Part shown: in pieces, positions 1-9,552 of the stretch
Position numbering within the stretch: position 1 is the first letter of the stretch
How the letters are laid out: every line of letters starts with the position of its first letter
Assembly (NCBI GenBank): GCA_046598945.1
Contig: JBKJHT010000202.1
Location: forward strand, 5,222-69,221
Direction of reading: 5' to 3'
DNA: 64,000 bases
Source: Burkholderiales bacterium
GTDB taxonomy: Bacteria > Pseudomonadota > Gammaproteobacteria > Burkholderiales > JALYOK01
Notes under the pieces: model-generated
Told to the model about the DNA's origin: nothing
Database searches by the model: none
Seen by the model: the letters and a program-made list of their open reading frames with translations, nothing else
Translations under genes and position numbers: made by a program

Positions 1-900
1 GCGCAAGAATTCGGCGTGCCGGCGTTGGGCTATACCCTGAGTTACCGCGCCCTGGTTCTTGCGCTGCTTGCGCGCGCCGAGCAGGGCGGACTGGCGGTGA
101 CCGATGGCGCTACGGTTATGGGCGTTGCCACGACTACAAATGACGGCGTTGTCACCTATGTACGCCACGGCGTCGAACACACCCGCACGGCGAAACTGAT
201 CGTCGTCGCCGACGGCGGTCGCAGTTTGACGCAACTGCCGTCAATCCAAATCGAAGAAAAAGACTATGGCCAGGTCGCCCTATTGGCGCGGGTCTCCAGC
301 GATCGGCCGCATGGGAATATCGCGTACGAACGATTTACCCCGACCGGACCGGTGGCGTTGTTGCCGGTCGGCACTGAGTTCGGCTTGGTCTGGACCGTCG
401 CGCCGCGGGAGGCGGAACGCATTAAACAACTCGACGATGAACATTTCCTCGGCGAGTTTCAAGAAATCTTCGGCGGATATGCCGGCAAATTTTCTAATCT
501 GCATTTGCGTTTCCAGTTTCCGTTGCGCTTGCGTTACGCTGACCGCACGACGACGCAGCGCATGGTTCTAATCGGCAATGCCGCACAAGCGTTGCATCCG
601 GTTGCGGGACAAGGATTCAATCTGGGCCTGCGCGACGCCGATCAGATTGCGCATTTGTTGCGCACACTGCCGCGCGACGGCGATTGCGGCGAGCCAGCGT
701 TGCTGCGACGTTATCAACGCAGCCGCAAACCCGATACGCGCGCAGGGATTTTATTCACCGATGCCTTGGTGCGCGGATTTTCAAACGACCATCCCTTGTT
801 GCGCGTCGGTCGCGGCATTGGCCTTACCGCGCTGCAATTGCTGCCGTTTGCGCGTCGCCGCTTGGCGCACGCGATGATGTTTGGCCGGACACCATCGTGA
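1..900 (+). CDS. ubiH: UbiH-like FAD-dependent ubiquinone-biosynthesis hydroxylase, N-terminus cut by window edge
   Basis: The frame is open from the window edge to TGA 898-900. UbiH/UbiF/VisC/COQ6 family motifs are present (VVADGGRS, LIGNAAQALHPVAGQGFNLGLRD). A paralogue follows, as in ubiH-ubiI pairs; the symbol is assigned by synteny only. Confidence 0.75.
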   Translation, partial: AQEFGVPALGYTLSYRALVLALLARAEQGGLAVTDGATVMGVATTTNDGVVTYVRHGVEHTRTAKLIVVADGGRSLTQLPSIQIEEKDYGQVALLARVSSDRPHGNIAYERFTPTGPVALLPVGTEFGLVWTVAPREAERIKQLDDEHFLGEFQEIFGGYAGKFSNLHLRFQFPLRLRYADRTTTQRMVLIGNAAQALHPVAGQGFNLGLRDADQIAHLLRTLPRDGDCGEPALLRRYQRSRKPDTRAGILFTDALVRGFSNDHPLLRVGRGIGLTALQLLPFARRRLAHAMMFGRTPS

Positions 901-1000
901 TATATCGATTATCCGTGGCCCTGAGAGCCGCCTGGACAGTGGCTCATGGCAGTGCCATGCCTGAACGCCGCGCTGCTATTGGGCGCTGGAGCAGGGGTCT

Positions 1001-2155
1001 GTGAACGCCGATATTATCGTCGTTGGTGGTGGGATCATCGGCGCGAGCTTCGCGCTGCAAAGTAATTTTCAGATCGTGGTCGTTGATCGCCATCCGCCGC
1101 CGGTCGTGGCGCTGGATGGCGAATTCGACCACCGGGTTTATGCGCTGACGCCGACCAACATGGATCTGTTGCAGCGTTTGGACTTGTTTCAGCCGGCGGA
1201 TCGCGCGCGGCTCGGTCCGATTCGCGCGATGGAAATTTTCAGCGACAAGCAGGCGAAGCTGGCGTTCTCCGCGCGCGACGCGCAGCGCAGCGAGTTGGCC
1301 GTTATGATCGAGCATGGTCTATTGGCGCGACGCTTGACCGACAAGTTGGGCGTTGCGAATCACGTGCACTATCTTTCCGATGGCGTCCCAAAGTCCGTTG
1401 ATATTCGTGCCGACGGCGTAAGTTTAACGCTTGAAGATGGGACGAAGATCAACGCCAATTTGTTGGTCGGCGCCGACGGCGCGAACTCGTGGGTGCGTGA
1501 CGAAAGTGGATTTTCCATGCGCGAAAAAGATTATGAGCAGATCGCGCTGGTGGCGAATTTTCGCTGCGAGAAAAATCATGAGCAGATTGCGCGGCAGTGG
1601 TTTGCCGAGGGCCGCATCCTGGCCTGGCTACCGTTGCCGGATAATATTATTTCGATTGTCTGGTCGCTGCCGTTGGTGCGCGCAGAGGAATTGAGTTTGC
1701 AAACTAGCGACGCGTTTAGTCGCGCCGTCGCCGAGGCCGGAATGAACCACTTGGGCGCGATGAAATTGCTGTCGCCGATCGCTCGTTTTCCGTTGCGCTC
1801 GTTGCGCAGCGATCGCGTGGCGGGTTTGCGCGTGGCTTTGATCGGTGACGCCGCCCACACAATTCACCCGTTGGCCGGACAAGGCTTGAATCTTGGCTTG
1901 CAGGACGCTACGGCGCTGACACAAGTGTTGCAAAAAAAATCGGCCGCCGAGGGGGTGGGTGATTTGGCCGTGTTGCGCCGTTATGAGCGTTCGCGCAAAG
2001 AAAGCGTAGCGGCTATGCATGCCGTAACCGATGGATTGCACGGATTATTCGCGACGGATTCGGCGCTTAGCGTGGCGTTGCGCAACGGCGGCCTCGGCGT
2101 CGCGGACAAATTCCCTTGGCTGAAAAAAATGTTGGTGGCGCGCGCAATAGGTTAA
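1001..2155 (+). CDS. UbiH/UbiF/VisC/COQ6-family FAD monooxygenase (ubiquinone hydroxylase paralogue)
   Basis: GTG start. N-terminal Rossmann motif IIVVGGGIIGAS, and LIGDAAHTIHPLAGQGLNLGLQD near the C-terminus. Confidence 0.85.
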   Translation: MNADIIVVGGGIIGASFALQSNFQIVVVDRHPPPVVALDGEFDHRVYALTPTNMDLLQRLDLFQPADRARLGPIRAMEIFSDKQAKLAFSARDAQRSELAVMIEHGLLARRLTDKLGVANHVHYLSDGVPKSVDIRADGVSLTLEDGTKINANLLVGADGANSWVRDESGFSMREKDYEQIALVANFRCEKNHEQIARQWFAEGRILAWLPLPDNIISIVWSLPLVRAEELSLQTSDAFSRAVAEAGMNHLGAMKLLSPIARFPLRSLRSDRVAGLRVALIGDAAHTIHPLAGQGLNLGLQDATALTQVLQKKSAAEGVGDLAVLRRYERSRKESVAAMHAVTDGLHGLFATDSALSVALRNGGLGVADKFPWLKKMLVARAIG

Positions 2156-2238
2156 AATTTACGTCGATCATCGCCGCAACAAACTTTTTTCAGTATCGGC
2201 AATCCAAGCATTATTCAAATAATATTTAGGAAAACATC

Positions 2239-2946
2239 ATGAAATTCGTTCGATCGATCCCGGCGCTGATCCTATTGCTGGTTTCCGCATGTTACGCCCA
2301 GACTGACATTGCGACCGTCAAGAAAGCCATTGCCGAAAAATTTCCCGAAGCCGGAAGCAATATCGAGGTCACAAAAACCACATTCGGTTGGTATGAGGTG
2401 TATGCCGGCGGTCGCTTGTTCTACACCGATGAGGACGTGAATTATTTTTTCCTCGGCAACATCGTCGAGGCCAAATCGATGTCCAACATCACCGCGCAAC
2501 GTCTACAGAAGCTGTCGGCGATCAAGTTCGAGTCCCTGCCGCTGGATTTCGCGATTAAAACCGTGAAGGGAAACGGCAAGCGCAAAGTCGCGGTATTTTC
2601 CGATCCCGATTGCCCGTATTGCAAGCGCTTGGAAAAAGATCTAGCCAATGTCACGGACGTAACAATTTACACGTTCCTGTACCCGATCCCGTCGCTGCAT
2701 CCCGACGCGGCACGCAAATCGAAAGCGATTTGGTGTGCGCCGAATCGGCAAAAAGCCTGGGATGATTACATGTTGCGCGGCGTGTTGGCTGCCGATAAAT
2801 CGTGCGATTCGCCGATCGATGAAATTCAAGCGGTGGGGCAAAAATATAAGATGAACGGCACGCCGACCTTGGTGTTCGCCGATGGCCGAGTGGTGCCCGG
2901 CGCGATTTCGACCAGCGATATGGAAACTTATCTGAACGGTAAGTAG
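2239..2946 (+). CDS. dsbC: Periplasmic thiol:disulfide interchange protein, DsbC/DsbG family
   Basis: Signal peptide (LILLLVSACYA), thioredoxin-fold active site DPDCPYCKRLE, 235 aa. The CPYC dipeptide is DsbG-like, so DsbC versus DsbG is not fully resolved. Confidence 0.8.
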   Translation: MKFVRSIPALILLLVSACYAQTDIATVKKAIAEKFPEAGSNIEVTKTTFGWYEVYAGGRLFYTDEDVNYFFLGNIVEAKSMSNITAQRLQKLSAIKFESLPLDFAIKTVKGNGKRKVAVFSDPDCPYCKRLEKDLANVTDVTIYTFLYPIPSLHPDAARKSKAIWCAPNRQKAWDDYMLRGVLAADKSCDSPIDEIQAVGQKYKMNGTPTLVFADGRVVPGAISTSDMETYLNGK

Positions 2947-2973
2947 CGCGTCGTCACAGAGGCGTAGCGGCGG

Positions 2974-4284
2974 TTAGTTGGTCGCTACGCTGTAGTCTTT
3001 CGGTAGTAACACCCACATCTGGCCGGATTGTTTCATCGTGCCGGCTTGCTTTCCCGCCGCATCGCCAAAGCCCCAAAAAAAATCCGCACGCACCGCGCCG
3101 TTGATGGCGCCGCCCGTATCTTGCGCAAGCATGAGGCGATTGAGCGGCTTCTTCGAACTCGGGTAGGTGGTAGCGAGGTAAACCGGCGAGCCGAGCGGAA
3201 TCACGCGCGAATCCACGGCGATGCTGCGCTCTGCCGTGAGCGGCACGCCCAGCGTGCCGATCGGGCCGGTTAAATCACTCGGCAACTCTTTAAAAAACAC
3301 GTAACTCGGGTTGCCGTTGAGAAATTCGGTGACCTTATAAGGATTGGCGCGCGCCCAACTTTTGATGCCTTGCATGGAGGTTTGCGCCAACGTCAGTTCG
3401 CCTTTGTCGATTAGCAGCCGGCCCAAGGAGCGAAACGGATGGCCGTTCTGATCGGCGTAACCGACTCGCATGGTTGTCCCATCTTCAAACTGCACGCGGC
3501 CGGAACCCTGGATGTGCAGGAAAAACGATTCAATTGGATCTTCCACCCAGACCAGCTCTTTGTTTTTCAGCGGTTGGTTCGGATTTTCGATACCGCCGCG
3601 ATCCGGATAAGGCACGATGCGGTTGCCCTCCAAGCGGCCGCGCAAGCGTTTATTCTTAAGCTCGGGGTAGACATCACCGAGTTCGACCACAATCAAGTCC
3701 TCGGGCACTTTGTACAGCGGATAGCGATAGCGCGGCGTCTGGGTGCGGCTGCCGGTTAGCAGCGGCTCGTAATAACCGGTGATCATGCCGTTGTTGCTGC
3801 CGTCCGGATTGAACACTTGATAGGGGACGAAATTCTCCTCGAAAAATTTCGTCAACGTGCTGTTGCCGGCGTTGGCCGGAATAGTCAGCGCCAAGCTGCA
3901 AACCGATTGCCACACAATTTGCGAGCGCAATTGCGTGCAGCTTTTAAGAAATCCCTGCCAGGCGTCGAGCGGATTGTCGCGATTCCAGCCCGGCAGGGCG
4001 CTCCAGGTGCTGACGACCAAGGCGCCGCGGCTTTCCGGCACGACGTTTGGCGCCAAAGGGGGAATCGGCACGACTAATTGTGGTTTGTCGCTGAACGTCG
4101 GTGCCCCTTGGCCGCAGCTACAATCGGTGCGATCGCTTGGTTTCACGCGCATACCGGCGACCGGTGCCTGAACTAAGGTGTCGGTCGCGCGTTCACTCGC
4201 GCTGGCCATACTCACGCCGCCGAGGCAGAGCAACCCCATCGCGAATGCGGCGCGGTTAAAGAATTGCGGAATTGATTCGGTCAT
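2974..4284 (-). CDS. mltA: Membrane-bound lytic murein transglycosylase A
   Basis: Signal peptide. MltA-type motifs (ITGYYEPLLTGS, RYRYPLYKVPEDL) and a 3D-domain C-terminus (AQDTGGAINGAVRADFFWGFG). Confidence 0.85.
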   Translation of the reverse strand: MTESIPQFFNRAAFAMGLLCLGGVSMASASERATDTLVQAPVAGMRVKPSDRTDCSCGQGAPTFSDKPQLVVPIPPLAPNVVPESRGALVVSTWSALPGWNRDNPLDAWQGFLKSCTQLRSQIVWQSVCSLALTIPANAGNSTLTKFFEENFVPYQVFNPDGSNNGMITGYYEPLLTGSRTQTPRYRYPLYKVPEDLIVVELGDVYPELKNKRLRGRLEGNRIVPYPDRGGIENPNQPLKNKELVWVEDPIESFFLHIQGSGRVQFEDGTTMRVGYADQNGHPFRSLGRLLIDKGELTLAQTSMQGIKSWARANPYKVTEFLNGNPSYVFFKELPSDLTGPIGTLGVPLTAERSIAVDSRVIPLGSPVYLATTYPSSKKPLNRLMLAQDTGGAINGAVRADFFWGFGDAAGKQAGTMKQSGQMWVLLPKDYSVATN

Positions 4285-4323
4285 GGATTAAAATGTAACA
4301 CCTAATCTTGGCAGACAACGACA

Positions 4324-4428
4324 ATGGTTTGGATATTATTCGAGGCGGGTATTGCCCTGTGCCTGGCGATATTTATCGTTTGGTGGACGTTGCCGCGCGC
4401 CAAAAACAAAGACAAAGACAAGAAATAA
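4324..4428 (+). CDS. Possible 34-aa single-helix membrane micro-protein (MVWILFEAGIALCLAIFIVWWTLPRAKNKDKDKK)
   Basis: This ATG..TAA ORF is below the ORF-track size cut-off and I read it directly from the sequence. It has one hydrophobic helix followed by a Lys/Asp-rich tail. No homology evidence is available. Confidence 0.3.
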   Translation: MVWILFEAGIALCLAIFIVWWTLPRAKNKDKDKK

Positions 4429-4582
4429 CTACGGAAGCTCTGATTTATTGGAATTATTTCGAGTTCTAAGCGAGACAAGGCGCGAGTGAAAAACGTCGAT
4501 CCAGCATATGTTGGATATGTAGGGAGACATTTTTTGCGAGCAACGACGTATCGCGACGAAATCGGAATAAATCAGAGCTTTC

Positions 4583-4966
4583 CTAGTGTAATACCCGCGG
4601 CACGCTCAGCACAAATTCGGGAATGTTCGCATCAAATTTTGTGCCATCTTCCGCAACCATTTGATAGGTTCCGCGCATCGTGCCCACCGGTGTTGCGATG
4701 GATGAACCACTGGAATATTGGAAGCTCTCCCCCGGCCGCAAATACGGTTGTTCGCCGACCACGCCGAGGCCGCTGACCTCCTGCACTTGGTTCGACGCGT
4801 CGGTAATGATCCAATGGCGACGCAATAACTGCGCGGCCACGCCGCCAGTATTGGTAATCGTTATTGTATAAGCAAAGACATAGCGATTTTCCTGCTCGTC
4901 GGATTGCTCCGGAACAAAGGTCGCTGCTGCCTGCACGGAAATGTCGTACTTATTATTTTCAGCCAT
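4583..4966 (-). CDS. apaG: ApaG (DUF525) protein
   Basis: ApaG pattern YVFAYTITITNTG...QLLRRHWIITD...GEQPYLRPGESFQYSSG. The start is moved to the internal ATG at 4966 (MAENNKYDISV), giving the usual length of about 127 aa. Confidence 0.85.
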   Translation of the reverse strand: MAENNKYDISVQAAATFVPEQSDEQENRYVFAYTITITNTGGVAAQLLRRHWIITDASNQVQEVSGLGVVGEQPYLRPGESFQYSSGSSIATPVGTMRGTYQMVAEDGTKFDANIPEFVLSVPRVLH

Positions 4967-5134
4967 AACGTTTATTGCACACGAAAACGGCGAACTAGGC
5001 AAGCGTCTTGGACATTCATGGCATTTTGCTAGTAAACGCCGCTATTGGCGCGTTCAATGGCTTGGCTTGAGACAAAAAGACATTTGCTGTTGACAAAGAC
5101 CACCCATCGACTTAAAGTACGTTCCAGCTAGTGC

Positions 5135-5251
5135 TTCCATGAAGGGGAGTAGCCTTACAGCAGAGGCCGTCAATCCGGGAGCGATCCCCGGTTCTGCTGG
5201 CAACGTACATCGTTGTGGCCAGACCTTTACCGATTGGTAAAGGTTTTTTTT
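5135..5251 (+). promoter_or_regulatory. yybP-ykoY (Mn2+) riboswitch with terminator expression platform
   Basis: Three conserved cores appear in the correct order: GAAGGGGAGTAGCC (5141-5154), GGCAACGTACAT (about 5199-5210) and CCAGACCTTTA (about 5219-5229). The 3' P1 strand overlaps the 5' arm of a terminator hairpin. The downstream gene is TerC-family, a classic target of this riboswitch. Confidence 0.8.
5222..5251 (+). terminator. Intrinsic terminator forming the riboswitch expression platform
   Basis: Stem ACCTTTACC / GGTAAAGGT with loop GATT, followed by TTTTTTTT. Confidence 0.8.
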
Positions 5252-5311
5252 CGCCCGTTGGTTGTGTTGTACTGGCGTTGACTTTTTCATTCAACGTTCA
5301 GAGGGTACTTA

Positions 5312-6010
5312 ATGGAATTATTTTCTCCCGAATTTTTCTCCGCGCTTCTCGCGATCATCGTGATCGATCTGGTGCTCGCCGGTGACAATGCCATCGTTAT
5401 CGCACTCGCCGCGCGCGGACTGCCGCAGGAATATCAGAAGCAAGCCATCGTTTGGGGAACCGTTGGCGCGATTGTGATTCGGGCGGCGATGACGCTCGGC
5501 GTGGTCTGGCTGCTGAAGGTGCCGGGTTTGATGCTAGTCGGTGGTTTGTTGCTGATTTGGATCGCTTACCGTCTGGTCGTGCCGAAACAAAACCATCACG
5601 ATGAGAGCGCAGGATCGAAGGCGAGTTTTTGGAGCGCGATCAAGACTATTGTCATCGCCGATGCGGTGATGGGCGTCGATAATGTGCTGGGTGTGGCGGG
5701 CGCGGCGCACGGTAGTTTTTTGTTGGTGGTGTTGGGACTGATTATTAGTGTGCCGATCATGGTGTTCGGTAGTTCGCTGGTATTGAAATGGATGGATCGT
5801 TTTCCCTCGATTATCTACATCGGGGCGGCTGTTCTGGCGTTGACCGCGGCCAGTATGATCGACAAGGATCCGTTGTTTGAAGATTATTTCTTCAGCTATC
5901 GCGCGTTGGATTGGGCGCTTTATGTTGTCCTCGCGGGTGGCGTGTTGTTGGCGGGGTATTGGCGCAACGGCACGCAGGCGGCGCGCCATCAAATGCAAAA
6001 TACGAAATAA
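5312..6010 (+). CDS. TerC-family integral membrane protein (Alx/YkoY-like, putative Mn2+ exporter)
   Basis: Multi-pass membrane protein with TerC motifs (LAGDNAIVIALAA, VIADAVMGVDNVLGVAGAA). It is preceded by the Mn2+ riboswitch. Confidence 0.85.
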   Translation: MELFSPEFFSALLAIIVIDLVLAGDNAIVIALAARGLPQEYQKQAIVWGTVGAIVIRAAMTLGVVWLLKVPGLMLVGGLLLIWIAYRLVVPKQNHHDESAGSKASFWSAIKTIVIADAVMGVDNVLGVAGAAHGSFLLVVLGLIISVPIMVFGSSLVLKWMDRFPSIIYIGAAVLALTAASMIDKDPLFEDYFFSYRALDWALYVVLAGGVLLAGYWRNGTQAARHQMQNTK

Positions 6011-6048
6011 GCAATCCGGATGCGAGAAAGATGGGGTGAGGTTCTTAA

Positions 6049-6100
6049 GGCATGCCTGCCTGAGAGGCTCGCGCCATGAGGCTTCTGGCAAGGCACTGCG
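6049..6100. repeat. Copy of dispersed intergenic repeat family (short form)
   Basis: GGCATGCCTGCCTGAGAGGCTCGCGCCATGAGGCTTCTGGCAAGGCAC shares both ends (ATGCCTG..GAGAGGCTC and GGCTTCTGGCA) with the copy at 17139-17221, and shares the CCTGCCTGCCT..CTGGCAA core with 41024-41066. Confidence 0.55.
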
Positions 6101-6286
6101 GTTATTCAACCATACAACCTCAAAATTGTCTTTCCCGCTTTCGCGCGAATGACAATTTTGATTGCGGTGCTTCGTGGTCGCCGCCGCGTGGTTTAATCAA
6201 TGTTATCCAGATCATAAACAGTAGTTATCGCACTCACTGTACTTCGCCGGTACAATTTGGCTTAACTCATACCCTGCCCCGCCACC

Positions 6287-6952
6287 ATGCGCCAATTTCG
6301 TATCGCGCCAAGCATTCTGTCGGCTAACTTCGCCAAGCTTGGCGAAGAAGTGAATGCCGTCATTGCAGCCGGCGCGGATATCGTTCACTTCGATGTAATG
6401 GACAACCACTTTGTACCGAATCTCACCATCGGTCCGTTGGTTTGCGAAGCGTTGCGTCCGGTCACAACCGCGCCAATTGACGTACATCTGATGGTGACGC
6501 CCGTCGATCGCATCGTGCCGGATTTCGCTAAGGCCGGCGCGAACATCATCAGCTTTCATCCCGAAGCGTCCGATCACATCCACCGCACCATTCAACTTAT
6601 CAAAGACAACGGGTGTAAGGCGGGCCTGGTGTTCAATCCAGGAACGCCGTTGCATTACCTTGATCACGTTCTCGATAAACTCGATCTGATTTTGATTATG
6701 TCGGTGAATCCCGGCTTCGGTGGCCAGAGCTTCATTCGCGAGGCGCTGAATAAATTGCGCGCCGTGAGAAAGCGCATCGACTCCAGTGGCCGCGATATTT
6801 GGCTGGAAGTCGATGGCGGTGTGAAGACCGACAACATCCGAGAAATCGCCCAGGCGGGCGCCGATACGTTCGTCGCGGGTTCGGCGATTTTCGGCAAGGG
6901 TGACTATCGGGCCAAAATCGATGCCATGCGTGCTGAATTGGCGAAGGCGTGA
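6287..6952 (+). CDS. rpe: Ribulose-phosphate 3-epimerase
   Basis: [50 protein letters not shown]: the full Rpe motif set. Confidence 0.95.
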   Translation: MRQFRIAPSILSANFAKLGEEVNAVIAAGADIVHFDVMDNHFVPNLTIGPLVCEALRPVTTAPIDVHLMVTPVDRIVPDFAKAGANIISFHPEASDHIHRTIQLIKDNGCKAGLVFNPGTPLHYLDHVLDKLDLILIMSVNPGFGGQSFIREALNKLRAVRKRIDSSGRDIWLEVDGGVKTDNIREIAQAGADTFVAGSAIFGKGDYRAKIDAMRAELAKA

Positions 6953-7665
6953 CGGCGATTTTTCCAATTCCGGTCCGTGCTGTCGCCTACGATCTCGACG
7001 GAACCTTGGTCGATAGCGTCGGCGATCTCGCCTACGCGGGCAATCTCATGCGCGACGAGTTGGGTTTGCCGCCGTTGCCGGAAGAAGAAATCAAGACATA
7101 TATCGGCAAAGGAATCGCAAATTTAGTGCGGCGCGCGTTGCAAAAAGGTCGCGAGCAAGAGCAGATCGCAGATGATTATTTTCACGATGCCTTGCATAGT
7201 TATGAGAAGCACTACGAACGCGTCATGTGTCGTACCACGCGGCCGTATCCGCGCGTGATAGATGGCCTGGAAGCCGCTCTGGATAAGGGTCTCCGGCTTG
7301 CCTTGATAACCAACAAGGCGTCGCGTTTCAGCGCGCGAATGTTGCACGAACTTGGCCTGGAAAAGTATTTCGAACTCACCTTGTCCGGCGATTCCTTGCC
7401 GCAAAAAAAACCTCATCCCGAGCCGCTGCTGTACGCCGCGAAACACTTCGCCATCCACCCTGGTGAGCTGCTGATGGTGGGCGATTCGGAAAACGATGCG
7501 CAAGCCGCGCATTACGCCGGCAGCCCAACATTCATTGTGAGTTACGGCTATTTTCAAGGTAGCGATCGCGCGGAACTCAAGGCAACCGCCATCGTTGCAG
7601 ACCTTGTCGAAGCAGCGAATTTAATCGAGAATAGCTCTTTCGCAAAACCTACAATCAATTTATGA
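6949..7665 (+). CDS. gph: Phosphoglycolate phosphatase (HAD superfamily)
   Basis: GTG start overlaps the rpe stop (GTGA). HAD motif I is [10 protein letters not shown] and motif IV is [12 protein letters not shown]. rpe-gph synteny supports the call. Confidence 0.85.
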   Translation: MTAIFPIPVRAVAYDLDGTLVDSVGDLAYAGNLMRDELGLPPLPEEEIKTYIGKGIANLVRRALQKGREQEQIADDYFHDALHSYEKHYERVMCRTTRPYPRVIDGLEAALDKGLRLALITNKASRFSARMLHELGLEKYFELTLSGDSLPQKKPHPEPLLYAAKHFAIHPGELLMVGDSENDAQAAHYAGSPTFIVSYGYFQGSDRAELKATAIVADLVEAANLIENSSFAKPTINL

Positions 7666-7760
7666 CGCACGTGCTCAACACCACGAAACGCAACTGGCGA
7701 TGGTCGCGCTGATCTGCGCCCGTCGTTTGTTTTCATTCGTTCGTTGAATTTGGAGCCGTC

Positions 7761-9227
7761 ATGACTGAGCAAGAATTTCTGGGCATCGCCGGCCAAGGAT
7801 ACAACTTAATTCCCGTTACCGCCGAAGCGTTATGCGATTTGGATACGCCGTTATCGGTCTATCTCAAACTAGGGCGCGCGCCTTACTCCTATTTTTTGGA
7901 ATCCGTCGTCGGCGGCGAGCGTTTTGGTCGCTATTCGTTCATCGGCCTGCCCGCGGCGCGGCGCATCCGTGTGTTCGGCAATCAGGTTACGGTCGAGCAT
8001 GACGGCGTTGCAATCGAGACCGCGGAGGTCGTCGATCCGCTCGACTTCGTCAACGACTATCAAAAACGTTTCAACGTTGCGCAAATCCCCGGCTTGCCAC
8101 GTTTTTGCGGCGGGCTGGTCGGCTATTTCGGCTACGACACAGTGCGCTACATCGAGCGCCGCCTCGCGTCGACGAAAAAAATTGACACGCTGAATTTGCC
8201 CGACATCGTGTTGCTGTTGTCGACGGAACTGGCGGTTTTCGACAATTTGAGCGGCAAACTTTATTTCATCGTGTACGCCGATCCGTCGGCGCCGAACGCC
8301 TATCGTCTGGCGCGAGAACGCTTGGCGGAATTGAAGCACAAGCTGCGCCACCCCATCGAGCCGCCACCGAATTCGGACGCGGCCACGACGAGTGCGGCGA
8401 GTTCGGAGTTCGGCGAAGAAAATTTCAAAGCTGCCGTGGCTCGCGCCAAGCAATACATTTTCGATGGCGATTGTATGCAAGTGGTGCTGAGCCAGCGCTT
8501 GAGCCAGAAATTCGATGCGTCGCCGCTGACGTTGTATCGCGCGCTGCGAACACTGAATCCGTCGCCGTATATGTTTTATTACAACTTCGACGATTTTCAC
8601 GTGGTAGGCTCGTCACCGGAAATCCTGGTGCGGTTGGAGCGGGGTACTGTCACGCTGCGCCCCATCGCCGGCACACGCCCACGGGGCGCCACCCCTACGG
8701 AAGACGACGCGCTGGCAACGGAATTGCAGGCCGATCCGAAGGAACGCGCCGAACATGTGATGTTAATGGATCTCGGCCGCAATGATGTCGGCCGCGTCGC
8801 GCAGACCGGCAGCGTCAAGCTGACCGACAACATGATCGTCGAGCGCTACTCCCACGTCATGCACATCGTGTCGGGTGTCGAGGGCAAGCTGCGGCCCGAG
8901 CTAAACGCAATGGACGTGCTGCGCGCGACCTTCCCTGCGGGAACCGTTTCCGGCTCGCCGAAAGTGCGCGCCATGGAAATCATCGACGAACTCGAGCCGA
9001 CCAAGCGCGGCGTTTACGCGGGTGCGGTCGGCTATTTGGGTTTTAACGGCGACATGGATCTGGCGATTGCCATTCGCACCGCTGTGATCAAAAATAAAAT
9101 GCTGTACGTGCAAGCGGGTGCCGGCATCGTCGCCGATTCCGTGCCGCAAAGCGAATGGGAGGAAACGAATAACAAAGCGAAGGCGCTGTTGCGCGCGGCG
9201 GAAATGGCGTTGAAGGGATTGGATTAG
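7761..9227 (+). CDS. trpE: Anthranilate synthase component I
   Basis: 488 aa. Chorismate-binding motifs are present ([65 protein letters not shown]). Confidence 0.95.
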   Translation: MTEQEFLGIAGQGYNLIPVTAEALCDLDTPLSVYLKLGRAPYSYFLESVVGGERFGRYSFIGLPAARRIRVFGNQVTVEHDGVAIETAEVVDPLDFVNDYQKRFNVAQIPGLPRFCGGLVGYFGYDTVRYIERRLASTKKIDTLNLPDIVLLLSTELAVFDNLSGKLYFIVYADPSAPNAYRLARERLAELKHKLRHPIEPPPNSDAATTSAASSEFGEENFKAAVARAKQYIFDGDCMQVVLSQRLSQKFDASPLTLYRALRTLNPSPYMFYYNFDDFHVVGSSPEILVRLERGTVTLRPIAGTRPRGATPTEDDALATELQADPKERAEHVMLMDLGRNDVGRVAQTGSVKLTDNMIVERYSHVMHIVSGVEGKLRPELNAMDVLRATFPAGTVSGSPKVRAMEIIDELEPTKRGVYAGAVGYLGFNGDMDLAIAIRTAVIKNKMLYVQAGAGIVADSVPQSEWEETNNKAKALLRAAEMALKGLD

Positions 9228-9240
9228 TCGCCTAGGCGAT

Positions 9241-9292
9241 CGTAGGGTGCATTCATGCACCGTAACCTTATGGTGCATAAATGCACCCTACG
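9241..9292. repeat. Nested palindrome (REP-like hairpin pair) just 3' of trpE
   Basis: TAGGGTGCAT-TC-ATGCACCGTA followed by TATGGTGCAT-AA-ATGCACCCTA. The outer arms, GTAGGGTGCATT (9242-9253) and AATGCACCCTAC (9280-9291), are perfectly complementary. Confidence 0.7.
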
Positions 9293-9348
9293 CCATCGGC
9301 GGTCAGAAATCCCGTCTCGCCCCTCGAAGGGAAGAAACGCAAAAAGCA

Positions 9349-9455
9349 AGCATCGCCGCAAGCCAACACCCATGGGCCTCCTAGCCAATGCCATGGCACG
9401 AGCCAGTATCCCCGGGCTGGCCTATGGACATGGGCCTTGTGGCGAGGTCTGCATG
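9349..9455. repeat. Copy of dispersed intergenic repeat family (long form)
   Basis: Contains GCATCGCCGCAAGCCA and CGAGCCAGTATCCCCGGGCTGGCC. Compare GCATCGCCGCGAGCCAGTATCCGTGCGGCTCCTGGCT at 29707-29743. Confidence 0.55.
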
Positions 9456-9475
9456 AAAAAATACCCGGAAAAATT

Positions 9476-9495
9476 CTGTCACGATTCTGTCATAT
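9476..9495 (+). promoter_or_regulatory. Pho box (PhoB binding site) upstream of pstS
   Basis: CTGTCACGATTCTGTCATAT is two CTGTCA(C/T) direct repeats with 11-bp phasing. A -10-like TAACAT lies at 9504-9509, and the pstS ATG is at 9553. Confidence 0.6.
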
Positions 9496-9552
9496 TCGCC
9501 CCTTAACATTGGCATCGTGTGGAAAACTTCTACTTTTGGAGATAGGCAAGAC

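Noticed and set aside
5054-5294. 78-aa and 60-aa minus-strand ORFs between apaG and the TerC gene
   Set aside because: They lie antisense across the yybP-ykoY riboswitch and its terminator. The RNA element explains the conservation-like structure of this region.
6212-6967. 251-aa ORF on the minus strand
   Set aside because: It is fully antisense to rpe, whose product has complete Rpe motifs. It is an antisense shadow ORF with no recognisable motifs.
7869-8600. 243-aa ORF on the minus strand
   Set aside because: It is antisense to trpE. The composition is Arg/Gln-rich, typical of the reverse frame of a GC-rich gene.
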